Source: Amphiscolops sp. MND2022
Taxonomy: Eukaryota
Direction: 5' to 3'
Length of the DNA stretch: 64,000 nucleotides
Assembly (NCBI GenBank): GCA_964187785.1
Contig: OZ076409.1
Span: 5,582,001-5,646,000, forward strand
Positions 47,369-59,919 of the stretch are shown piece after piece. The translations under genes and the position numbers were made by a program. The notes under the pieces are model-generated. The model was not told the DNA's origin. It made no database searches and saw nothing but the letters and a program-made list of their open reading frames with translations. How positions within the stretch are numbered: the first letter of the stretch is position 1; each line of letters starts with the position of its first letter.

Positions 47369-48789
47369 TGATATTCATATGGAGTTGGGGTGAAGTTTGA
47401 AAAGGTATAATGATTTGAACAATTATAGTTTTTACATCATCAATTTTTTATTGTTTGTTTTCCGTGGGGGTTTTGAAAAGTTTGTTTAAGGAGGCATTGA
47501 TTGACATGTGAAGACGTGGTGAGAAAAAGTGATGAGTAGCAGAAAAAGAGCAAAAATGAAAAAGAACGGCCCTGTTGACAAACATGAAGATTCATGAAAG
47601 ACGAAGAATTCTTAGTTATCGTGTCAACGTAAGCGTTTTCCTTACGCGCGTTTTTTCGTGAAAACACAATTAATGAGTTTGAGAAGCTTCTGCGGCCAGA
47701 AGGCGGCCTAAACGAAATCAAAAAATTCAAAAAACAAGTCAAGTATCAGTCAATATGTGTTCACAATTCGATCACATGAAGCGGGTAAACGAGCGAAAAA
47801 GAATTGAGTCAGTCAGGAGTTGTCATTAAAAATATCATTTGATTAAAAATTAAACGCAGTGGTAAGTAATTTTTATTATGTGAACTAGGAGAAGTAAAAA
47901 AGATTTGGGAAAACTGTTAAAACCGAAGTTATTGAAATGTAAGGTAAAGATTTTTGTGAGAATCAGGTGAAAAGTGGAGTTGCGGTTTTTAAAAAATGTT
48001 GGGAAATGGAGTCAAAATTTTAAAAATTAGCAAACGCACCACAAGAACAGTTGAAATAGACTATACCGATTATGCTAAGAGAGAAAACATATCAAATATT
48101 TTGTAGAATTGAAATTAGAGGTGTAGAAAGTTGAAATTTAGAGCATCGAAAAACAAATTTTTACTGATTATGTAAACAAAAACGTTACTACAATATTTTA
48201 GATTGTACGGAAAGAGAGCGTAGTCACGAAGAGTAAAAAGGGAACATTCGGGGTGTGAAAATGGAGTGATTGTTAAATTATTTTGAGTTAAATCAAAGAA
48301 GCGAGGACATATTTTTATGAAAAATATAGGGGAATTGTGCATAATTTTACTTAATCAACCTCTTTAAGGGATGTAATCATAGGAGGAAATCCGTTGAGCG
48401 AGTCACGAAATAGGGGGGCGTAAGAGATTCGATGCTAACCGGTATTAGCGGCGGATTTGACGCGGGGAAGGGGAAATGAATGGGAATTACAATCATTGTG
48501 GGTTAGATAAGAACATTTTTGTGGGAACCTTTACGAAAAGGTTCTGGGAAATATTGAAAATTGAAATCTATCGAAAGCTGGAGGAGGGAGAAATTAAATG
48601 TGAAAAATTGGAGGAGAGTGAAGGTTGAAGATGAATTAGGAAGAAGCAGGAATTGTAGGAGTTTAAAGGTCCTATAGTTTTCTTAAGAAAGTCATTAGTT
48701 TGTGAAGTGGACAGAGTGAGGGATTGCATATCCTTGTTATGGAGATGAAGGAGATGTTGATGGTTGCGGTAGGTGTCAAAAAATGGTTA

Positions 48790-49400
48790 GGGATTACAAA
48801 CGGATCAGTATTAGGAGAAAGTTCAATATGTAGGCGATGAGAACATAGGAGGATGATAATGGTGGTACAACAGCAGTAGGAGGATGAAATGAAGAATCAG
48901 TAGATGGAAGAACATGTTTTGGAAAAGCAATAATAATTTCATCATTAATATTGTGTTTGGTGGGAAAATACTTATAATATTGTTTTTCTAGAATGAAAAA
49001 AGAGAGTTTAGCAATTACGAATTTCAGTTCGGCAATGGAGTTATGTTTGTGGACAAGGGATGTATAAAGAACACGAGAGTGATCATCAACGGGCGTTTCG
49101 ACTAGTTTAGTCATTTTTGGAAAGAAATTTGAGACATTTTTGGGGATGTGTGCAGGTAAAAGAAAATCATCATTGAGATTGAGTGCTGCCTGGGGAATGA
49201 AAAGAGAACGAGTAGGATCATGGTAAGGAGAGATAATTTAATATTGTTTAACTGGATCATAGTTATGGATAGTGCCAATTGTGAAGAGGTAGTTTACAGA
49301 ATAGTGAGATTGGTATGAGAGTAGAGAAGTGAATTTATGATTTTGAAATGTGAAGTTTTGGGGATGTTTTTGTTCACGAAAAAGTTTTTAGGTTTGATGG
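48790..49400 (-). pseudogene. Post-env accessory ORF remnant of element C, also present in element A (about 16090-16420)
   Basis: IGTIHNYDPVKQY..YHDPTRSL...DDHSRVLYTSLVHKHNSIAELKFVIAKL versus element A IGKIRSYDPVKQ..YREPTR...DDHARSLYVSLEHKH.LIAQLNFIVARL. Confidence 0.65.
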
Positions 49401-50999
49401 TGAAGGTTGTGACACAAGGAGCAGAGGTGATATCGTTTGCGTTAGTATTAAGGTCATGCTGTGTTGGTTTAGGAAAGTTGAATTGAAACTGGAAGAAACA
49501 AATTCAGTCATTATGATAGAAGGAGAGTTGTTCAAGATTTTTGGAGGCATATGCAACATAGTGATCAAAGTTGCTATCTTGTGGGAAGCGAAATTTATAA
49601 GTGGTAGGATTCATGTAAAAAGAAGAGAGATTAGCTTCAAAAATGGGGTGAGTGCATTGAAGTTCATCGGTCATAGTATTGGATTGAGAAGGCTGTTTGA
49701 CTGGGTTTAAGATAGGATGAAGAAGACCAGAATCAAGGAAGACAGGATCTTCGAATATGTTAGATTTTTTCATGGTGGGAACGGTATAAGTGGCATGGTC
49801 AATAGTTAATTGAAGACACTTATGTGGAGGAGTAGGTGAGTGACGAGTTTTAGGAGTAGAAGTGGTAAGGTGAGTATTTACAATTGGAGTAGTGGAAGAG
49901 GAAGGTTTAATTTCAGTAGTGGTTTCAGGAGTTGTGGCGACTTCGATATTGATCGCGTCAGTGTTATGAGGGAGTTCAGGTGTACCAGATTTAGGAGACA
50001 AAGGAGGAGAGAATGAAGCAATACTATAAAGGAGTTCTTCATTACATACAGAGCAGGACATTTTGACCAAAGTTATTGAGTTATTACTGAGTATATGCGA
50101 AGTTGTTTTTTGAAATGTTCAAAGAGTTAGATATTTTATATTAGATATAGTATAGGGCAGAAATGTGCGCTGTGTGGAACGAACGGTCTGAGATATAGAG
50201 GGTAGGTGATTTAGAGATTACAGATGCAGGAAGACAAATTAATTGTAAAAAGAATTTTGACGAAAGTAAAATGAATTTGGAAGCAAGATTAAACCAAGAA
50301 AAGAAGAGATTGGGAGATGGCGACTGATCAATGAGAAGAAAAAAAAGAGAATGAATGGTGGAGTGAAGAAGAGAGATCGGTAATTAATCCGGGTAAAATG
50401 ATCCAGGGGAAAGCGACATGAGAATAAAAATTTAGCAGGGCTTTCCGGTGGAGTGAATATGCAATTAACAGATGCTAATGTGATGTCCTTAAATTTCATA
50501 GGTGGTGGAGTAGGAGGATAAATTTTAGTTGATTGCCATACATTGCGGACATGGGAATTATCAGAGGAGTTGTCAATATTGGTATCTTCAGGGGGAATGG
50601 AATTGTGTGAATGAGGAGGAGAAGACAAAGAAGGTAATTGAAAGTGTCGAGGTTAAAACTTAGTAGGTGGATTAGTATGTAAACTATAATAAGGAGGGAG
50701 GATGGTGAAGTATTGTCAGTTAATGAAGAAGTGGTATTAGAAGGATATGGTGGAAAAATATTAAGTGAGGAGGATTTCTTAGGCGAGATTAAAATTTTTA
50801 TTTTTGAGATTTAAAATTTTAGATTTGATGTTAGGTTTGTATTTATGAGATTTCATAGTTTTGTTTTTTGTTTTATGGTGTGAAAGAGACGGGGTGTCAG
50901 AAGCATTGGAGGCGGAGTTAGAATCAGGTGGTTTTGTCATAGCAGTCATCATTGTTTTGGTTACTGTTCCAAAACGCCGTAACCAAACCAAGAAACAAG

Positions 51000-53050
51000 A
51001 GAGTCTGGTTTTTCAAGAATTTACTTAACAGTAAAGGAGCAGTATAAACTATGATCACTAAGCTTGAGTGAACCATTCAGGTGAAAAGAAAGGAGTTAAT
51101 TTTACCATATAGTCATGGAGACCGATTCGGAGTGATTTATAAGGATTATTTGCGATAATTTCAGACGATTGTTTACTCATCAATTCATAACTAATACCTT
51201 TACCTAAAAGTTGTAATGTGTTGTCAGAGTGTTCCAAAAATAAATTTCGATTCCAAAAGTCTTTAAGTTCTTTTTAGAATATAAACCTGCATCTTGGGCA
51301 GTAGAGGTGTTTGGGAAAATAGCAGTTTGGTTTTGTTTAGTTTCGAATAATTGAGGAGTGTCTTTTTAATAGATTGCGGATTTAGGACAAAAAATTGATC
51401 AGGTTCAAGAGCACAAACATTTTGGGGGTTAGTTTTGCATGAGAATTGATTTGCATTATTGAATGTTTGACGTGTAATTGGGTCAACATTCATAACATTG
51501 TCAAGATGAGAGATCGGGATTTTATAATAAAATTGTTCAGCTATGTATAAAGCGGTGAGGACAATCATAGAGCCAGAGAGAGGTGGTGAGGACAATCAGA
51601 GAGCCAGGCAGTAGGACTTTCAGTAAATAGAAAATTACTACGATTTTGGGTTTGGAGAAAACCAGCAAATTGTAAATTCTAACAGACATTGCGATGATGG
51701 TCATAAGTTGGGTTCTTTCAACTTCACAAACAGTGTGAAGAAACTTCAATTTGGCAACGGACATTGTTTTGAAGACGCGAATAATAGAATAGTCAGTTTT
51801 AGTGAATATGTGAGCTTCATATTCAAAAGTGGCGAAATTGTTAGAGGAGTTCAGGGCAGGTAAAAAGAGTTTCTTTTGAGTATGTACGAGTTTACGAGAA
51901 TTGAGTTGAGTAGAGAGTTTGGTATATTGTTCAACTTCAAGGAGTTGAAGAGGATTACCAATATGCATATTGAACCCTTCTTCATATGTAATAAAGAGTT
52001 CAGGATATTGATTAGTATACAATGGTGTGGGCTTATTACAAAACGTTTTACTTTCGGGGAAGAGTCGGGTTCGAGAATTAGAGTCAGGGTAAGGAATTTG
52101 AGATAAAATATGAGATTTATTTTTGATAGAGAAGTGTTCAAATTCAAGCCAATAACGGTTGTTCAGTTTAGACATACGTCCATTAAAGGAAAGGATGGAG
52201 AAAGTTAAACAACGATCTTCGGGGAACCAAGCAATTGTGAACGGGGTTAAAATGGTAGGTTTGCAAAAACCATCAGCATAGAGACAAGGTAAACTATGAC
52301 CATGATAGAATAATTTGTTATCTTCATCGTCATATGTTGATTCAATTTCACGAACGATTAAAGACCAACTTTCTTTTTTGATTATTCATTCATAGCGATT
52401 CCAACAAACAACTGTTTCTTTAAGTATTGAAGTTAAAATAAGTTGAGAGTTAGTTATCAAGCAGAAGCACCATAATGAAATGTGTTAGGTTTAGTTATTC
52501 GAAAAAGAGGTTGTTCAGTTTCAAGAAGGCGTTGTGTTTGAAGATCAACAATAAAGGTAAAGGAGTTACTGTAAACAAAAGCGTTAAGTTGAGGAATATC
52601 AGTACCGTTTAGATGACGGATAGCATGTTTGCATTCCGTGGGGTCTAAAATACGGGGGCGTTTAATAGAATTTTGTTGGTAGTCAAAACGATCATGGCGG
52701 CGATATTTGTAATCAGACTGGGCACAAACAATTTTTTCTCGTTTAACATAAACTTCACATGTCCAAGTTTTGAGGCGTTTAGCTTTAGCGCGAACAAAAA
52801 CGTTAGCAATAGCACGAGTACTTTCAAATGATGAAGGGTCTTGAGCACAAGGTTGTACTCTGGTTAAATTGAACTGACGGAGGTTGTGTTGTTTAGAACA
52901 ATCATAGTGAGATACTAGGAGGTCAGAGATATGGGGATCATTAGGTTCTACTATGTCAGTAGAGGGGTCAAGTGAGAGAATGAGGAGAAAAATATTTGAG
53001 GAGGAAAAGAAAAAGAATTGAGTGTTTGAAAGAGGAAGTCATGAGAGAAA
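51000..53050 (-). pseudogene. env-like glycoprotein, class III fusion protein (herpes gB / chuvirus G-like), frameshifted
   Basis: Hydrophobic leader, then SHYDCSKQHNLRQFNLTRVQPC, TCEVYVKREKIVC, LHTVCEVERTQLMTIIAMS, AWL(S/Y)DCPH and KIPI...VDPITRQTF...FSC...PQNV. Located downstream of integrase. Confidence 0.7.
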
Positions 53051-55199
53051 AGTAAAACTGAGCAGTATATGTGAGAAAGGTGATTGTATTTAGGAAAGTA
53101 ATGGATCCGTGAAGAAGACGTAGGGGAAGATTGTCACTGACGAAAGGATTGAGGATAATGGCAATGAAAGGGTAAGAAATAGTATTAAAATTGACAGTTG
53201 TATGATAAGGGATATGATGAGGACTTAAATTATGAGATTCAGCAGTGATTTCAAACTTAATTCCAAGAATCGTAGTGTCCAACTGTTGAATTTCTTCTCG
53301 ACGACGTTCGTCAGAAATATGTGTATTGGAGTTTAGTTTATGAGTAGCAAGGTATAAAAAACGGAGATCTTGAAGATGACTAGTAACAAGAGTATTGTTG
53401 ACAATAGGTGGATAATCAACACGATTAGGTGTAAGGAGGTAGAGTTTTGATCAGTGCTAAGGTCAATAATCAGGAGATGAGAGTCGGAAGAGAGATTACT
53501 GGTCTTTTGAGAAGTGGCTCTAGAGAAGAGATGACCGGTGTGAGTAAAAGAAGCAAAGGAAGATCATTGTGAAAAAACAACGTCAGCACCAGATGTGGGG
53601 ATATTGTTGTTAGAGGAGACAGATTCAGAAGCACGAGATTCAGCGTGGTTTCTGACCAACAAAGAATAATTAGTGCTTGCAAGTGAAGGAGAGGGAGAAG
53701 GAGAAAAAAGAGGATTACTTCGCAAATTATATCTATGACGAGGTTGTCTACGGAGAGTAGATTCAGAAGTAGAATCCAAAAGATTATCTAGGGAGGAAGT
53801 GGTGTGTTTAGAAGCAGAATTAGAAGGAGGAATTCGGGGATAGAGGAGAGAAAAGGTAGTAGAATCGACGTCACTCAAAGAAAATTTTCCACTTGGGGTT
53901 TCAAGAGGTTCAGTAACAGGAATTTGTAAGGGTTTAGGAGGAGGAAGAGAAGGTCCGGATTGAGAGTGGGAACAAGGTTTAGGAAGAGGGAGAGAAGGAT
54001 CAAGATGAAAGTGCCTACGGCGGCCTTCGATGGAGGTACGAATAAGAGGTTTTTCAAGAGTATGAGGTTTGTTATTATTGCGCAGGAGTATGAGATCAAT
54101 ATCACTGGGATCAGGGATATGGCTAAAAGGAGGAGGCGGAGAGAGAGTTGGTGTGATATCAAACGGGTCTAATGGAAATTCAGTATCAGAAAGAGGGATA
54201 GTTAAAGTTTTTTGAGTTTGAAGAGCAATAGGAGTAGTGTGTGGAGTTTGAGTAGGAGTTTGAGTTCGTGGAGTATGAGTAGGGGTAGTGTTAAGAGAAG
54301 GAGTGATAGGGATTGGATTTAAAGGGGGACGATATTACATAAAAGAGGGAGTTTGAGAAGAATAAATGGTATCGGTAGAGACGGAAGAGGAAACAGAGGA
54401 GCTCGAGTAGTTAGAACTAGAGGATAGAGTGACAGGAGAACCCAGGATGGAAACAAGGGAGTAAGAAAGTGGTGGAAAAAAAGAAGATCAATTGGGTAGA
54501 AGAGATTATGTATTGTTAGTCAATGCAAAAGATGAAATTTTTTTAGCATTATTTGTACCAACTGTTCAGTCAAAAGTTCAGAACAAAATGAACAGAAGGG
54601 AAGTAAAAAATGGCTAATGCAATTGAAGGTGTCAAACGTCAAATCTAATTAGGTGACTAGACAAGAGACAATGACAGGTCATTGGGTACGATTGAAATAT
54701 TGACAGGTCAGACAAGTAATTCAATTATTGAAAGAGAGAATAATTTCAAGAGGGAAACAAAGAATAGGTTTCAAGTGGTTATAGTCTTTAAAAAGAAGTG
54801 AGCGTAAATTGCATGGAGAGTGACGAGCTCGAACATGAATAGGTTAGGTTTTCGGAGGGAAGTTTAAAGCTTTCGGAGGGAAGTCAGCGACACGAGGAAA
54901 TGATTTGGAAAAGAAGCGGAATGATAAATCGGTTTATGGAGCATTTCAGAATCTGAATCAGTAGAGTTGACGAAATCATGAAAAGTATCATGTGAAAGAG
55001 GAGAATGAGGAAGATTTTGATACGTAGGAGGAAGGTGGGAATTTGGTTCTAGTAGAGCAATGGGTTTAATAGAAGTGTGTAATTGAAATAGGTCAAATGG
55101 ATTATTATCATTAAAAGGAGGAGAGTTAGAATGAAAATTTTGATAAGAGTCAGTATTAGGGTTATTGGGGAGAGAGGCTGTTCAATGATATCGACGGAG

Positions 55200-58100
55200 A
55201 TATAGGAAAAAATTAAATTAGGTTATTTGGGGTAAAATGGTAAAATAGGATTTCTATGAGTGTGAAATGTGGAATCATCTTGGGCCATAAGTTCCTGAGG
55301 TTTGTCAGAGAGATGTTGTTAAGTTTTATATTGGCCCAAACGAAGGAGTTTGAGTTTACTTAAAATTTAACAGGCCTAAAATTAGTGTGTATACCAAAGG
55401 TGTGAAGAGGAAGTTGTTTTTAATGTGTGGTTTCAAAGATGGAATTTTGTGAGTTTATTTTTTTGTGATGTGGCGATGAACAGTAGAATAATTTTCTATC
55501 ATCGCATGTTAGCGGAGAAGGCCCATGGAGAATGAGGTTTGGTTATGAGTGAGTGAAAAAATGGGTTAGGATCTTGATTACTATAAAGTGTGTGGAAGAG
55601 AATTGCAATATGTTGCGATACAAGATTTAGAAGAGTCGTGTGCTAGATTGGTCAGTGACGAGATTTTGTGGTGGGCCAAAGTAAGTAATCCAATGATGGA
55701 GTGATGTTTGAATAACATATTTTGAGGAGATTTGAGGAGCAGGGATAGTAACAACAAAATGACTGAAAGCGTCGATTATAACACAATAAGAATTTCTTTG
55801 AAACGAGGGAAAATAGGTCCTTTAGTGTCCATAGAAAATTTGTAATTAAAGTGAGTTGCGTTTTCATAAAAAGGTAGTGGACGAGAGATATTATTAGGTT
55901 TGATAAGAAAATGTTTGTTTGTTTGTTTGGCATTCAATATGGATGAAAACGGAAAACCATAAAGGTAGGTGAGGAATATAGTACAATTGGTTAAAGTTTT
56001 AATAGAGTACTTTTCACCTGAGTGACCATGTGAGTGAGTTTTGTCAAAGGCAGCAAAAAAGAGTTTAAATGGTGAACATATTCGAGTTTAATTAATAGCA
56101 GGTTCAGTGTTGATGGTGTTGATGAAGGCGTCTTCAAAAATACGAGAGTCGGGAGTATAGTATTTAATGAGGTATGAAGTTGGGTCAATATATAAAAGTT
56201 GAAACTGTTTATAATAAGTATAGAGGAGAGAGTTAGCTTCAATACCTGGGGTTACAAATGGAGGTCTTTGTTTTTGTTTTAACCATTCATATACCATTCA
56301 AGAGGACATGGTCGACTTTCTGAGATGAACAAATATCCGAGGGAAGAAAGAAATTTTCAAAAGCTTTATATTGGGCAAAGAAGGAAGGGTCAAAAATGGT
56401 AGTGAAATTGTAGATGTGGATTTGATTGGAGTTTTGCTTATAGCATTCGATTGAGAAATTTCAGTAAGGGAAACGGAGTCATTATCGAAATGTGGAGTTT
56501 GAGTTTTCTCGATATAGATTAAAATATCGTGAGAGAGGTGAGAATCGTCAAAGTGTTGATGTTAGATTTCAGCTAGGAGAGAATGAATAAGATGAGATGA
56601 CTGAGTTTTGTGTGCAATTTGGTGGGGAAATCTTTTGGAAACGGGATGGGTATGTTCATATAAGTCAGTTTCCTTTAGAAGCGGATGATTTTAGATTAAA
56701 ACTTTAATTTTATTCTTTATGTCTTTTTTGTATTTTTTCAAAAAAAGATGAAACAGATATAAAGGAGACTGAGTGTAGAGGAGTACAAGTAACAGTGTTC
56801 CCTCTGTCTAAGATACGGAGTGTGAATTGATCATCACCATAATTAACTAAGATTTGACACATTTTATTAGTAATTTGAGAATAATCTCGACTGAGCATAT
56901 CAGCAACAGTTAAACTTGTTCCTGCTGTGTTAACAATTTGGAGATTAGAGAATTTAGTAAAATAACCTTTGGGCTTTATATTGTCTTGGGGTTAAATTTT
57001 CTTTGCGTGTAAAACGAAAAAGGATAGGATTGTGATCCATGAAAACAAAGATTGGGAATTTGGAACCAATTATCAGACACTCATATTGCGAGAGAGCAAA
57101 AGTTAAAGCACAAAGTTTTCTATCATATGTAGAGAGTTTTTGTTTTTGGGTGGTTAAAATACGAGAGTTATAAGATATACCTTGCATTTTGTTATCGATG
57201 TTGGGTTGAAATAGTAATGCACCTAAACCAATTAGAGAGGCGTCAACTGTAATTTTAAAGGGATGGGTGGTTTTGGGAATCGCAAGTTCGGCATCTATCG
57301 AAAGAGAAGCCTAATTTCATCAAAGAGTTTGTGCAGTTCTGCAGTCCATTCAAAGGAAATATCATTTTGAAAGAGAGTATAAAATGGTTTAGGAGAGATG
57401 TGGAATTTGTTTATAAACTTGGAGTAGAAATATATTGAGCCAATGAATCGCATCAGTTCAGTTTTAGAAGTGGGCGTTTTCAATTTGTGGATACCAACAA
57501 TTTTGGATGAAGTTAGTTTAATAGTATTGTTGCCAATTTCATGTTCAAAAAACTTGACAGTGAGACGAGTATAGATGGATTTTTCAGGAGCTATTTTAAG
57601 GTTGTTGGAGCTACAACTCTGCTGTAGTTGTTCAATTAAATCTAACATATGAGTTTTTGTGTGAGCAAGATGGAGAATGTCGTCAAAATAGACAAGTGCA
57701 AAGCCTTGCTTGATCAAGGAGTTTTTTTGAAAAGTGAGTACATTTGTGTGGTGAAAAAATTTGGGAGTCCCTTGAGACCATATAATCCTCGAATGAATGC
57801 ATAAAGAGTTTTGTCTTCAGAGGAGAAACAAGTGAGAGAGATAGTTTTTTCATCTAGAGGGGCATTTGCATAGGCATACATAAGGTCAATTGCAGATTTG
57901 ATTTTGTTATTTGCACGAACAAGTTGAGGAGCTAGAGGTTCGATATGCTAAGATTCAAAGGATTGATCAGTGTTAGAGTGTAGGCGTCAGGCGGCAAAAA
58001 CTACCTATTTTGTATCTCCTTTAGGGATAATATTGAGAGGACTTAAAAAGATGGAATCATAAATGGATTAATCAGAAGGTTGGAGCCAGTTTGTTTATTG

Positions 58101-58900
58101 ATATTATGGTGTTCGAGTTCATCGAGTAATTTTTTAAATTTATCTCTGAAATGGATAGGGACTTTAGTGGGTCGTTGAGTTTGAAGTTTGGCATTTAGTT
58201 TGAGGCGGATTCTAAAAGGAGTGGCTAATCGACCAACATCATTACGATGAGTAGTATAACAATGTTGATATTTAACCATATTGGAACAAAAGTTTAAATA
58301 TTTAAATATTCGTCATCATTGACATCAGGGTATTGGAATTCGAAATTGTTGAACATATGGGGAGCGAACAAAAATAAAAGCGGACGATTTAGAATTTGGG
58401 GGGGGATTATTGATATCAACTTTAGATCGTTTAAGAGAAGAACGACAAAGAGGCGGTTTTGGTTCGGAAAGATGAGGGTAGTGTGTGTGAAATATAGTTA
58501 GTATCAAACGGTTGACGTCATTTACTTTATAATGTGGTGGTTCAATGTTTCAAAATTAGTTGAGGGAACTTCAATATAACCTATATATCCTGGTGAGATT
58601 ATAGCTGAGGTGTGGGTGGTATTTTGAATTATGACAGAACACCTGTAGGGTTCAGTTTTAATATTCTGATAAACGTGGAGGAAATTAAAGGTAGAGTTGA
58701 AACGAGTGGTAACATATGGATGTGGGTTGATGGAAATATGATTTCAGATTCAGATGTTTCAATCGTTAACGGAAGAGTAGGTTGAATTCGGAAGTGAATG
58801 ACTGGAGAGGCGTTCGGATTAAAATATATTTTAAGTTTCACTTTAATGGTATAGATGTATGAGAAGTAAGGATAGTCCTTTTTTATGAGCTGTAAAAGGA
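55200..58900 (-). pseudogene. pol remnant of element C (dUTPase-like region, RT, RNase H, integrase)
   Basis: HRNDVGRLATPFRIRLK, ALVYFDDI, LMRFIGS, VDASLIGLGALL, YDRKLCALTFAL, ADMLSR, MDTKGP, GPYK. Confidence 0.9.
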
Positions 58901-58907
58901 AGAGTGA

Positions 58908-59107
58908 NNNNNNNNNNNNNNNNNNNNNNNNNNNNNNNNNNNNNNNNNNNNNNNNNNNNNNNNNNNNNNNNNNNNNNNNNNNNNNNNNNNNNNNNNNNNN
59001 NNNNNNNNNNNNNNNNNNNNNNNNNNNNNNNNNNNNNNNNNNNNNNNNNNNNNNNNNNNNNNNNNNNNNNNNNNNNNNNNNNNNNNNNNNNNNNNNNNNN
59101 NNNNNNN
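58908..59107. other. Assembly gap (200 N)
   Basis: Run of N. Confidence 1.
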
Positions 59108-59850
59108 AGATAGGCTTAATTCCATCAGCAATGGATTAAAGTGAACGCAAATGTATGACTTATGCACGACAAAATGAACAAAAACATTTGACAAAATGTG
59201 AGCACGAATTATTCAAATTGTAAAAATCATATGTTCTGGCTAAGAGGTATTTAGATAGGGAATGTTTCAACGTTGTCAAGGACATGTCAAACGAAATGAT
59301 TTTCAGCCGTATGAGTTCGTTAGCAGCACGTGTTGATCGGATGAAAAAGTTGTCATCAGTAGAAATTTTGCGCGAAGAAGGAATCTGAAACAGCCCGATT
59401 GAAGAGGATCGTGTTGGCAAGGAAACAGAAGGGATGCTACAATGCACATCGATAGCTCCATTACAGAGTTTCCAAAGAAAAACGATGTCATCTCTGATCA
59501 GGCAGTAACACACTGGAAACATCTTGAGAGATTGAAGGCCTGAAACATACGAAGAGCAATTAGTTATCCAGCGAAGAACTTTATACTGAAATAATTCGAG
59601 TTGATGTAACATAGTTAAAGAAGGAGACCAGGCAGGGGCACCGTAAAGTAAAATAGGCAGGATAAGGGATTTGTAAGAAGGAATTTTCTACTACTAGAAA
59701 CAGAGAAGGGAATACTACGTTTGAGGAAGCCGAATATTCTGTTGCATTTAGGAAGTTTCGATTCAACATGAGGTTTCCATGATAAAGAGCTGGATACAAT
59801 AAAACCCAAATCTTCGATCTGATTGACAAATATAGAGGTTGACAAACCAA
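59108..59850 (-). mobile_element. 5'-truncated non-LTR retrotransposon (CR1/L2-like LINE) 3' end inserted in element C
   Basis: RT thumb region IEDLGFIVSSSLSWKPHV...CNRIFGFLKRS, then LELFQYKVLRWIT and a short 3' UTR with a stem-loop running into the gap. Confidence 0.85.
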
Positions 59851-59919
59851 GTAGCGGGAGTGATAGCGTTAGCGTGACTATTTGACTTTTGAGAACATGA
59901 GGAGATATTTGGGTGATAC

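Noticed and set aside
51554..51607. 31-bp tandem duplication in env of element C
   Set aside because: A frameshifting local duplication consistent with neutral decay; the same applies to small duplications near 19203-19238 and 21274-21350.
58883..59194. ORFs containing X runs
   Set aside because: Artefacts of translating the N gap.
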